From assembly GCA_964106915.2 (NCBI GenBank), contig OZ066916.1: a stretch of DNA of 64,000 nt; one strand, given 5' to 3'. Numbering within the stretch: position 1 is the stretch's first letter; each line of letters starts with the position of its first letter. The notes under the pieces are model-generated. The model saw nothing but the letters and a program-made list of their open reading frames with translations, did not search any database and had not been told where the DNA came from. Position numbers and translations under genes: made by a program. This DNA is from Podarcis gaigeae (taxonomy: Eukaryota). Positions 13,223-24,510 of the stretch are shown piece by piece.

Positions 13223-13445
13223 CAAAAAAAATTCCTTCCAGTAGCACCTTAAAGACCAACTAAGTTAGTTCTTGGCATGAGCTTTCGTGTGCATGCTTCA
13301 GGTGCTTCGTGTGCTTCAGGTATCTGAAGAAGTGTGCATGCACACGAAAGCTCATATCAAGAACTAACTTAGTTGGTCTTTAAGGTGCTACTGGAAGGAA
13401 ATTTTTTTGTTTTGACTATGGCAGACCAACACGGCTACCTATCTG
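13223..13445 (+). mobile_element. Penelope-like element remnant (inverted pseudo-LTR palindrome)
   Basis: 74-bp inverted arms at 13223-13296 and 13336-13409 (3 mismatches), then GCAGACCAACACGGCTACC. Flanked by the 13-bp direct repeat CTGCTTGACATTA (13210-13222, 13446-13458). Contains a hammerhead core. Confidence 0.82.
13319..13358 (+). ncRNA. Minimal type I hammerhead ribozyme motif (Penelope-associated)
   Basis: Stem I GGTAT(13319-23)/ATATC(13354-58), CTGAAGA box (13324-30), stem II GTGTG-CATG-CACAC (13332-45), GAAA box (13346-49), palindromic AGCT in place of stem III. Predicted cleavage after C13353. Confidence 0.72.
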
Positions 13446-13466
13446 CTGCTTGACATTAGTAACAGA

Positions 13467-13668
13467 CAGTGGCGTAGCGTGGGGGGTGCAGGGGGGGCCG
13501 GCCGCACCGGGCGCAACATCTGGAGGTTAGGGAAATCCACGGGTTAGGGGGCGCAAATCCACGGGTTAGGGGGTGCAAATCCACGGGTTAGGGGGTGCAA
13601 ATCCATGGGTTAGGGGGCGCAAATTACTGGCCTTGCCCCGGGTGCTGATAGCCCACGCTACGCCACTG
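13467..13668. mobile_element. hAT MITE with internal 22-bp tandem repeats
   Basis: TIRs CAGTGGCGTAGCGTGGG / CCCACGCTACGCCACTG. Perfect 8-bp TSD GTAACAGA (13459-13466, 13669-13676). Confidence 0.92.
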
Positions 13669-14844
13669 GTAACAGAGTAACAACAGAAGAAAACTTTGTT
13701 TTTACTTCCATGGTGGTAACATGCCATCCATTTTATAAGAAAAGTCACGTAGTAGATCATTGAAGATATTGTAATGCATGCTTTCTTGTATGATTGCATG
13801 TTACTGATTATATAAAGTTTTATATGAATATTTATATGACACTATCAATTTATGCTTAATTGGTTGTATCCAGTAATGGCTTAAATGAGCAGAAGCATTT
13901 TCCAGTGAAGGCAGAGGCACAATTAGATACATCCAATATGTTTTATTTTTTTCTTAAGGCTTATGATCAATACAATAATACATTTGATTTGAATGAATGC
14001 ACAAAGGAAAGGGAATGCAGGGGAGAAGTGGAGAGAAACAGGAATACAAGTATGAAAACAGTTTAACTGAAGTAGATAAGTTTTAAGATTTTTTAAAGTA
14101 TTATTTTAAAGGGGGGAGCAAGGAGATGCACAGAACAATAAGAAATAACGGGTTTCTTCAGTATATTTAGTCACTGTTTTCCAGTGATATTATGTTACCT
14201 TGTCCTAGGCTGCAAATGCCAGCAAAAGGTAATAAAGTGGGAAGCACCATGTACAAGCTACCGTTTAATCCTATGGCGGGCCCAGCATCTACCTTGACAT
14301 CATCTGATGAGCTTCTGGCTCCTTTGCATACTTTATCCATGCATGTGACAGAGATTAAGGCCTTAACAAATGTGCTGCAAGTCTCAGGGGGGAATATCCA
14401 GCACAAGGTGGGAGTGGAGAACCAAGAGCAGCAAGCCTCATCTGCTTTGAAGACCTTACAGGCCTGCATTCCAAGATGGCAAACCTGAAGGGAGAAGCTG
14501 CAGGAATAATCTTTGTTTGGTGAAGGTGAGACAAGGAGCAGAGAGAGGGCATTCTACTACTTTTGTCCGAGAGGTGCTTGCTCTCCTGGAGAGATATGTG
14601 TTAAGAGTATGCCCTGGTTCCTCTGTCTAGAGGCAAAATTTGCCTTAGGGCCATCCTTGTGAAATTCTTGTGTTCCCCTTATGAAGGAGGATTTGCTGAG
14701 CTGGGTGTAATAAAAGAGTTATCTTGGGGGGCACTTAATGATGTAATTAGGATTTCCCCTGATTAGCATAATAGGCACAAATAGCTTTCACAGGGCATGA
14801 AGAATGAATGGCACAGGAAAGAAATTTGACCTTACATTCAGTTT

Positions 14845-15200
14845 GTTGTTCTTTCTTTGGCAACCACTTATAGCCGAGTAAGATTGCCTTCCATGAAAAC
14901 GGTCTTAACATTGAGTCCATAAGTGACTGTGGAGGCCAATTCTGGATCCGTACGTCCTTCCACCAGTGGGGACATAGTTTTTTGGGTGGGAGTTGATCAT
15001 GGTGAAGGTTTGTCACACGTGCCTTCCTCTTAGCACGTTTCTCCTTTGTGCCCTGAGCCCACAACACCTCTGGTAATGGCTGTTCCCCAATTGGAGCATT
15101 CGCAGGCCAGTGTTTCCCAGTCATCAGTGCTTATACTACATTTTTTTAGATTGGCCTGGAGAGCATCTTTAAACCTGTTTTGTTGTCTACCAGTATCTTT
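14845..15200 (-). mobile_element. RTE-clade LINE 3' fragment
   Basis: Minus-strand peptides RFKDALQANLKKCSISTDDWETLACECSNW and EKRAKRKAR...LCPH resemble an RTE ORF C-terminus with a decayed C2H2 finger. Frameshifted. Confidence 0.75.
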
Positions 15201-16079
15201 TGTCTGAGTCACAAGAAAAGGCTTAAGACATTTAGAGACCTGTCAGCTGCAGAGGACTGTTTGCTAACTCTCAATCTAATCTGGGCACATCTAGACTGAA
15301 GAATGAGATAGCAGAGACCTCGCTGATCTGATGCACCTATTTCAGGGTATGCTTTGTGTGTATGTTAAGAGGTTTACTTGCTCCTCTGTTGCCTTCCCTG
15401 GCTGGCTGCAGGGCTGTGAGGGGATTTGTAGGACAGCATTCTTTCTCCCGAGTTCTTTCCCTTGTCATTGTGGAGCAACACAATGAGGAGACCTGTGTTA
15501 TCCACATGACCACATTTTCTGTTCATTCCATTGTTGCTGCCGTGCAATGCAGTGAGGAGAGTTGTGTTATTAGACTGGACAATTTGTTTCCTGGTGCTGG
15601 GTTTTTATTTCTGTTGGTTTCTAACACAGTTCCCTTCTACAAGCCCTTGCTTTGTGGTGTGACATGCTGTTGTTAATTGTATGTGTATACAAACATATAC
15701 CTGAAATGTGCAGTAAGGGAACAACTTTGGACTTTAAACTGCACTTTACCCAACATAAAATTGTATTCAGAGTGCACTGGACCCCTCACTGACTTTACCA
15801 AAAAGACATTTCAAGTGTGGACAAATGCTGGTACTGTGGCACATCTCCAACACCTTAAGTACACGTGATGTGGTCCTGTCCAGTGGTAACTCTCTTCTAG
15901 TCATAGGTCTGCACATGCATTAATCTAGTTCTAGAGATTTTTATTTTATTTTTGTGGATGTTAATGTAATGTTGAAAAATATTCTGGTATTTAAAAGAAA
16001 AAGAAAGATATTCTGGTCCTATGGGACCTCACTAAAGAGGAATGAAGTTGGATCCTATAGGCACTGATGATGACAAGAA

Positions 16080-16860
16080 TACCCATTCCCTGGTCTAGCT
16101 GAGGGTCCACAAATTTACACAGCAGCTTCAATTTTCAGAGCAGGTTTCACAGGCAAAACAAGTTATGTGCATCTTGTTGCCCATTGTATAGTGGTTGGAG
16201 AATGTGTTAAGAGTGGAAGTATATGAGTGGGCAACTTTTCACAGGCAGCAGCAGGACAATGTATTCTCTGACATTTCCCCTATCCCATCACCCTAGAATA
16301 CTTAAAAAAAGCTTTTGAGCCATGCATAAATTTTCCTTGAGCTTCAGCGTTCAAATAAAATGTAACTTCAAACTAGCAAAGTCTCATGCTAGAGGAACTT
16401 AGGAGGTATTTTCTTGAATTCTCACTTCCACCTGCACCCCCCCCCCACTCCATTCAATCTCCCTCACTCCAGGAAAACCTTCCAGAGCAGATTTTCAGGG
16501 GGCATAGCAAGGATCAATAAAAATAGTCTCCCCTCTCTCTTATGAGTGGAGTTTCACTCTCAGTAAATCTTGATCTAAGCTTTTGAGTTCCTTCATATTT
16601 TGGGAACATTGGTTTGTCTTTTGTGTGTGGGCATGAAGGTGGGAATATGTGCCTGATCAGTCATGGGTTCTGGAGGGTGCAAAGAGCAACAGAAAGTGTT
16701 TTTTTTAAAAAGGCAACAGCAACCACAAAGCTCCAAAACCAATATAAATCACATTACAGAAATATAAATGCACATAACTTGTTTTGCCTGTGAAACCTGC
16801 TCTGAAAATGGAAGCTGCTGTGTAAATTTGTGGACCATCAGCTGGACCAGTGCATGGGTA
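16080..16860. repeat. Long inverted repeat (93-bp arms, 595-bp spacer)
   Basis: 16080-16172 matches the reverse complement of 16768-16860 with 5 mismatches. Confidence 0.92.
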
Positions 16861-18860
16861 CATGTGTGCAGTGATCATCTAGGCACCATAGAGAGTCTGA
16901 CATGATGTGTAGAGTTCTGTGTAAGCAGTTGGATAAGCGGCATTTGCACAACCACATTTATTTGTAGAAGTTAGTCTTACGAAATGAAGGACTAGCAGGA
17001 TAGATGGGGGAAAATGATACTACGTTTGCCACAAATATTTCAGGATTCACATAACTATGCAATATATCACCATTTTGTTATTGTCCTCTATTTTTTCATT
17101 CTCTTTGTATGTGATGCATTTCATGATTCATTTTGCACTTGGTTAGTCAGTGTCCCCGCCCCCCACCGCCCACCTGCCATCTAGCTCTTGCAGTGATTTT
17201 TTTGTAAGAAGATGAACATTACTAATAGTGTGGCTACAAAAATCTTTTCATTCAAGGGTGGTAGGATGTTGAGTGGCTCCGAGGAAAGACTACAAACCAT
17301 CAAATATCTCTCCCTTATTAACTTTATGTTTTTGCTGATCAGTGGGACATTTTATAGAGTTGAAAGGCAGTAGGGTTCTCTCCCCTCACCCTTTGGCTGT
17401 AAATACAGCCAAAGGGCATGCTCTTCCATTTAGTTCAAAGTGAAATGCTTCTAATCAATTCTTTTTTACTTTTGTAAGTGCTTTTGTATGTGTTGATCAA
17501 TTTTTGAAAATCAATATCTATTGATTCTTATAACTTTCCACTGTTGTTCAATTATTTATGAACCCTGTTTCCAATATAAAATAACTTGAAAGCTCCTGAA
17601 ATGAATATTTAGTTGAACAAAAACAAGAGTCTTGTGCCCCCTTAAAAGCTAACTGATTTTATTCTAATGTGGTTTCCCTCGCACAATATGAATTAGCTAT
17701 TAATTAATTTGGTTTTAGATAAATTATGTTGTTTCCCTTGCACATTTCCATATAATGTCATAATTGAACACGAATATATATAGAAAGTTAACGTCTGTTT
17801 TCCAGTGTTCTCAAAACTTCTCCTGTGGTTTAACCCCTTAGGTTATAGTCACTTACCTGGAGTTAGCCCCAGTAAACAGATCTGAGTTTAGGATATTGCA
17901 ACCAAAGTCTGCTATCCTGTAACCACTTGCCCAGGTGTAAACCCCATTGAACTCAGTTAGACTTACACATGAGTAGAGATTTATAGTGCTGGAAGTGAAA
18001 TCCTCAAAAAATGGTGTTGAAAGGCTTATAGATCAGAAGTCTTTTGAAAAAGGAAAGAAATGAAGCAGTGCACTTACTCAGCAGCAGTATTTTCTTACCT
18101 CTTCAGATATAATAAAAACAGGCTGTGATCCATAGAAACAGAGATACAAGACTTGTAATGCAACAGGAAGGGAAATGCTAGAATAAATACAGTTTCCTCA
18201 CCTTGGAACACAATGTATCATTTCCTCTGTCTTTAGCTGATGCTTCCTCAGAGCAGCTGCCTCAGGTGTTGTGGAAGCAAACACACATAAGCAGATTTGA
18301 AAAGAGTGTGCTTGATAGTGTCAGTCCATGCAAACAAAATTCTCTGCAGTTGCTCTATGAACAATTGTTGCAATGTCCCGGTGTTTCTTTGCCGTATCTG
18401 TTTTTCTTATAAGCATACCAAAATTACTTTAGCGCATAAACTGGCTAGTTCCCTGACTTCTGCAATTTGTATTGTAAAATCATTTTATTTTATTTTATTG
18501 TCTTGCAAAATCAAACAACAGTGATTCAGTGCAGATGAATTACCAATCCAATCTTGAATAAGATAACTAAGGGCAAAATTTAGATTTTATTTATCTATAT
18601 TATTTGACAAGATGTATATATACCACTTAATCAACAAAAACAATTTAAGCAGTTTTCATATAAATATAAAATATTCTATAAAAATTCTAATGAAATCAAA
18701 GTTTAAAAACAAATTGGCAAATAAATAAATGAAGCAAATCAGCAAATATACACAATAAAGATACATGTTAAAAGTGCATGTTGCAATTATATGTGGATAA
18801 GAGTGCATCATTGGGTTTTTTTTTAATGTATAATGAATTTAGGAAGGCCCCATTTGTAGG

Positions 18861-19295
18861 TGTAATGGTTCTAGGGGTTGCTCGTGCGTAAGCCGGTGCC
18901 AACACCTGGCTGGGTTGCCTGAGTGAACCTTTTCTGTCCAGACAGCCACTCACCCGTGGCTGTCTCAATCGCTGGCAGAATCCGTCAGTGGGTGCTTCTT
19001 GAACTTCTTCCAGCAAGGAAGCTCTTTGACGCCTAGTCTCCTCCTACTCTCCCTGCGCGGAAGCCTTCTGCGCAAGGAGGGTGTAGGCAGCAGAGGACCC
19101 TTACTCTCCCCGCTGGTCCCCAGCAAGGAGTCATGGGACCGCCTCGCCAATTCCCCCATCTGCCCCCCTTCTCCACTGGTGCTACGCTGATGCTCTTCCC
19201 CAGAAGATGGGCTGCCTCTCCCCATCCCGGGACGCTCTCTGGAATCCCTCTGGAGCCCGCTCTCTCCCTCCTGCCCTGATGGCAGTTCCCAGACA
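18861..19295. mobile_element. Solo LTR (Gypsy-like)
   Basis: Begins TGT, ends ACA, perfect 5-bp TSD GTAGG (18856-18860, 19296-19300). Sharp GC-rich block. Confidence 0.75.
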
Positions 19296-19556
19296 GTAGG
19301 CTTGACTTTAGCTGTTAAAACCCTTAATTGCTTCGGTTCCTGGAAATATTATCTTTTCCCATATATAATGTTAAGGTCAATAGATAAAGCATTCATAATT
19401 TTTATCTTCCTCAGATGATGGTGGCGATTCTCTGAGTGGATGTTTCATTACATGTCCCAGCAATATTATACAATGAAAGAGGGAACAATCCATCAAACTG
19501 AATATTTCTGACATAACTGAAAAAATTCTATACTATCTATAGAATTCAGAGTAATT

Positions 19557-19664
19557 AGGGAAGTTTTTAATGACTGATATTTTAATTATTTTTAAATTTT
19601 TGTTGGAAGCCACCCAGAGTGGCTGGGGAAACCCAGCCAGATGGTCGGGGTATAAATAATAATA

Positions 19665-19705
<41 letters not shown>
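19557..19705 (+). mobile_element. L2-clade LINE 3' end with expanded (ATT)n tail
   Basis: CCCAGAGTGGCTGGGGAAACCCAGCCAGATGG...GGGTATAAATAATAA is shared with the 3' end of 39990-40771. Confidence 0.85.
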
Positions 19706-19706
<1 letters not shown>

Positions 19707-20840
19707 GCTTGGCACTAATGATCACAGGAGGGTTTAAAAAAATAAAAAATAACTATTCATCACATCACCATCATTTTTGCTGTCTGAGGCTCATAGAACT
19801 TTCTCTTCTTCTTTAGGGATGAATGTGATCTATGATATGATATGAGTTGTCTTGGCCCATTTTTTCACTGGCAGGAAGTTATCTCTTTTCGAGAATGCAC
19901 CTTGGGGGCTGAGACAACCCCCTCAAGTTCTGTTTCCTGCCAGCTCCACTGCATGTTGCATTGCAGACACGGCAAAAGAGGCGGGAACGCCATATTGGAA
20001 GGGATTTCGCCCCCATTTGTTATTCCTTATTTGTTTATTCCTGGCTTTCCTTCCGCTACTCCTGCTGGCTTTTCACTCTCCCCTTTCTTCTTCTTGGCAT
20101 CCAATTTTTCTTGGCTTTTAGTTTAGGGCTTTTGAGGGCCCACCGGCTTTTGGATGTTCTAAGTGGAGGGGAACAACTTGGAAAGGACTTCAGCAAGGTG
20201 GAAAGGGCCTGTTTTTGGAAAGCAGAGCTGTTTTTGGAGATGGATCTCTTTAGTCTCATCAGGAAAATGATTGGGAACTCAGGCTGCCCATGCAGGGGGA
20301 TCTGTTTCCTGAATCCAGCAGCCAGTCACCCTGGTCACAGAGGTTATGGGGACCTAAAAAGTCAGCTCCAGCGGTTCCAGTGCTCCCTGAAATCTGGTAA
20401 GCTGTGAAAGGGAGAAAGGGAGACCGCTCATGTCTCCCCTTCCCCCCTGGGATGCTTCCATTTCCCTCTGGGTGGCTCGTCTAACTGGAAGAGGCCCTGG
20501 GTCTACCCGTAGCCTTCCCTGCTTGACCCAGGCCCATCAGGAGCCCTTCAACAGGGGCAGCCATAGGGGGAAGACCTCAAGGAAGCATTCATAGTTGCAA
20601 CACACTGTTCATTCTTTCCCATTCTTTCATATTTATAATTCAAAACACTGAATGAAATGTCCTTCCTACCTCCTTAAGTAAAGTACCATATTTGTTAAAA
20701 TAGTGACACATCAATCGATTTAACAGTTGAATAATTTGTTTCTCCTAAAGAACAAAGGATGTTGCCTTGGAAATGCCTATATTTCTTTTTCTTTTAATAA
20801 TGGACTCTGTTAAAAGTTGACTTCTGGCTGGTAGGAGAGA

Positions 20841-20861
20841 GTGTGTGTGTGTGTGTGTATG

Positions 20862-20918
<57 letters not shown>

Positions 20919-20920
20919 AT
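20841..20920. repeat. Compound (GT)n-(ATGTAT)n microsatellite
   Basis: Direct reading. Explains the VYVYVY and HIHIHI pseudo-ORFs. Confidence 0.9.
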
Positions 20921-23146
20921 GGCCTGTAAAGGGAAGTGGATAGTTTACCTGACTTTTTTAGTGAACAGCAACAATTTCTCAATTATTAATTCTTCTGTGT
21001 TCATCAATACATGTGGTTTATCTAGCATTGTAGAGAAATTGCAGTGTTTTAGAAGCCGATTCTGTGGTTTTGTTTCTTGTTTACAGAATTCAAATCCATC
21101 CTCTTATCTGATGCAAATTGTCATCTCTTGAAACTGCACAGAGTGAAAACCTCCTGTATCAGAAATAGCTTTAATTTAAATTTGTTAAATGACCTCTGAA
21201 AAATAGATGATTTTTTTCTTCTGCTGAATGGGCTGGTGCTCTCTGCCTGTATAATTTATGTGAGAAATTAGTGCAAATGGTTCACTTTTATGGAGCTGTG
21301 CTGCTTGTAGCAAGCCTGCAGAAACAATTTCCCCCCAAGCCTCCATCTGTTCTTCAAACCGGGGCATATGCCATCTCATCGAGCTTGAAAGTCAACTGAT
21401 TTATAACTCCTGAAAAGTGCATAGATTGAAAAGAAAGGTCGGCTGCTGCTCTGTGACAATGATTTGTTAGGCACTTGGATAAAGACAATTCACATTACTA
21501 TGGACCCAAGGGGAAACATGCAGTGTTATAAGCTTCAAAATGTGGTAGATTGGCAGCCAGGAGGAAAACAAATGGCCCCTCCTCTTTCAGTTAAAACAGC
21601 TACCTCTTCTCCAAAAAGGAAGAATGCCTGGCAGGTAACTGGTAGCATTGGGGCGACATCTTGTTATCGCAGTGTGCTTCAGACCTGATAGCCTTTTCTC
21701 CCCCAGCTACAAAGGCTGCCATCTACAAGTGTCTGAGCTTGTTGCACTCTAATCTTTAAACCGCACACGGAAGCATCAGTCTTGAAAGAGCTGCTTGCTG
21801 CTTGTCAGGAAGTAAATTTCTCTTCAGTGCTACCTATGGAGCTTTGATAAATTTTTCGATTCTGCCTTGGAGGTGAATCCAAAGACCTGTCCCAATTAGA
21901 AACATAATGAATGGCTTGGTCTCTGTCCTATCAGCAATCATCCCCCTTCCTTTTACTCAAGGGCTACAAAGAAAGAAAACAGTTTGGCAGGTAGCAAACC
22001 AAATGAAATTGACAATGTGACCATCAGGAAAATCAATGTGTGTTTGATGTTTTCATTTGCGCTGGTGCAAAACTGTCTATTCTGATGTGACACTATTAGT
22101 GGAAGAATGACTTCCCAGATCACTTTAATCTCATACTGCTTATATTTTTTAATCACCCTATGCTCTCCTGGTGTTCGTACATACAACAGATTTTAATCAG
22201 CCACATTGTGTCTCTTCTAAAGGCATGTAAGAGAAATGTGATACCATAACTGCTTCTATATTGTTGCAGTCTACAGTCATAGTGTTGTATTATACAACAG
22301 AAGATATCCAGACCCTATTCTCTTGGGCAATGATAATTTCCAAATGCTCTTTTAAGTGTATTTTAGTAAAGGAGAAACTGGGCAGGTATGTTGAATTGGT
22401 TATCAAATGAATCCATTCACTTAGATACAATACTATCTTTATTATTAGGAAGGGTTGGCCTTTCCACACAAGATAATGGCGGGGTAGAGATGAAGGAAGA
22501 AATAGGTGTCTGAATAGTGTAGCAAGCCTTTTTAAAGTGGCAGGGGCACCATTTGGGCTGTGCTTCAGACAGCAAAATGTTTTATGCCAGCACTGCTACC
22601 AGGCAACCCAAAGTGCAGTAGTTTTTAGGAGACAGCATCATCATTTAGCCTCTCGAGAGTCTTAGTCTGTGTTGTCCTGATGTTGGAGTGGTCCCCCAGG
22701 ATTATGTGTTAAATTAATTTCGCGGATATCAGGGAAAAGCATGGAAAGGCTGTTGTCCCTCGTTCTTCTCTCCCCCCCCCCCCAAAGTTCATAAAACAAT
22801 GACTGTAGCATTCTACTTTGCACTTTCAGACTTGTGAAAGCACAATTAGCAAGAGAATCCATTATAACTGACGAGGCCACTATGATTCTCACCATTTCAT
22901 GGCAACTTTTCTCCTGCCTAGAGCAGGTGTCTTTTGCCTATCCTTGAACTCTTCATCATTCATATAGGACATTTGGACTGGCACTTTATTGCTGGAATTA
23001 CAGCTGCTGATGCATTTGACCAGGGTTGAGAGTGTAAGCAGGTGCCATAGTATGTACAAGACTACATAATTAGTGTTGGCAGTGCATCTTTAAATTAATG
23101 CTGCAAGAACCACAAAGAGTTGGCCACTGCTGTTGCTTGAGAGAGA

Positions 23147-23661
23147 CATAGGCGCCGACTCCATGGGGCCTGAGGGGGCCCGAGCCCCCTCAAAAATTCG
23201 TTTGGGGGGGCTCTGCCCCCCCAATAATTTAAGAAAATTATTAGTTATATTATGCTTTGTAAAATCACAAAATTATGTTGGTATTTTTTATTTTCCTTGT
23301 TTGACGATAGTTACCTTTTAAAATACATTCAGTAATGAGTTAAAACAAAGCCACTCCCGATCTAGAGAAGGGGTGGGGTTGCGGGCTCTCGACCCATCAA
23401 CAATCTCGCGGGGCTGGCGTCAGCCCCGCGAGAAGCGGGGATTCCCCCATGCTCATTAATATTCACCGCCCATGGCGGCAGCCAATTGGCTGCCGCAAAG
23501 GGCGGGCCCTCACAGGTTCACTTAACGTTGGGGCAGCCCGGGGCTCGCCCCTTTCGTTCCCCCAGCAGCAGCGGTTTGGAGGTCTTGGGCCCCCCCAATA
23601 TTTTTTATAAGTCGGTATGGACCCCCGCCTCCCCAATATTTTTTATAAGTCAGCGCCCCTG
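23147..23661. mobile_element. Non-autonomous hAT transposon with CpG-rich core
   Basis: TIRs CATAGGCGCCGACT / AGTCAGCGCCCCTG. 8-bp TSD GAGAGAGA (23139-23146, 23662-23669). Subterminal direct repeat CCCCAATATTTTTTATAAGTC x2. Confidence 0.85.
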
Positions 23662-24364
23662 GAGAGAGACAGAGTCATACTACCTCTGTCTTCATGAGCA
23701 AGATGGGATTAGAATTCCTCTTTAGAAAGGGAGTCTGGCCCATATTCCCCCAGTCAGAAAATGAAATATTCACTGTTTTGTTCTCAGCCTGAGAACAAAG
23801 CCAAAAGGGATAGCAATAGTTTGCTTCCCACTGTTGTGGCAAAGTGAAGGGCTTTACTACAGACATTATAGCTGCATTAAACTACTGCTGTTCAAAAAGA
23901 TAAGTGCAATTCACCTCTGGTTTCCTAGGAATGTACAAAAAAAGTTGATTGGTGCATTGCTTCCTTGCTGTGAAGCAATTTGCTGGGCAGGCATCAGAAT
24001 GTAAGCACTGCCTTGCTGAATCACACCAAGGGTCCAGCATTCTGTTTCCTACGTGGACCATTCAAATGTTTCTCAGAAGCTCACAATTACAACATAAAGG
24101 CAATAGACACCTTCCTTGGTTTTGTCCCCAGCTTCTGGTACTTACAAGTATACTGCCTCTGAGCATGGAGGTTTCAGCTTGTAATCATAGTCTAATTCTT
24201 GTATAAAATATTCCAGCTGCCAGTTACCATCCCATTTTGCAACTTAATTATGCTCTGAGTGCAGAAGCATGTGTGTGTGTGTGCGCGCGCACACACACGC
24301 ACATTTGTTCCCCAAATTGGTGAGGTTCACTTGTCCACAATGAGAAACTGAGCCTTTAGTGTCA

Positions 24365-24510
24365 TCACCCTGTGGTGCAATAGGTCCATGTGTCTGGCTG
24401 TTAACCAGAACATTGGTGGTGCAGTGTTCTGTGGGCAGTTACTTCATTGCAGGGGGTTGAATTAGATAACCCTCGGGGTCCCTTCCACCTCTACAATTCT
24501 GTGATTCTAC
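24365..24510 (+). mobile_element. Decayed SINE with CR1-type 3' tail
   Basis: TTGCAGGGGGTTGAATTAGATAACCCTCGGGGTCCCTTCCACCTCTACAATTCTGTGATTCTA is a CR1-type 3' stem-loop plus TTCT(A/G)TGA tail. The head is degenerate and tRNA-like. Confidence 0.65.

Noticed and set aside
13533-13620. 22-bp repeats as a CRISPR array or true telomere
   Set aside because: Head-to-tail units without unique spacers, inside a hAT MITE in vertebrate DNA, and TTAGGG is not contiguous.
14304-14340. CTGATGAG as a second hammerhead core (also CTGATGA near 8011)
   Set aside because: No stem II followed by GAAA and no closing stem I.
20794-21131. HIHIHI / VYVYVY ORFs, and poly-L/Y/I/V ORFs elsewhere
   Set aside because: Translations of microsatellites.
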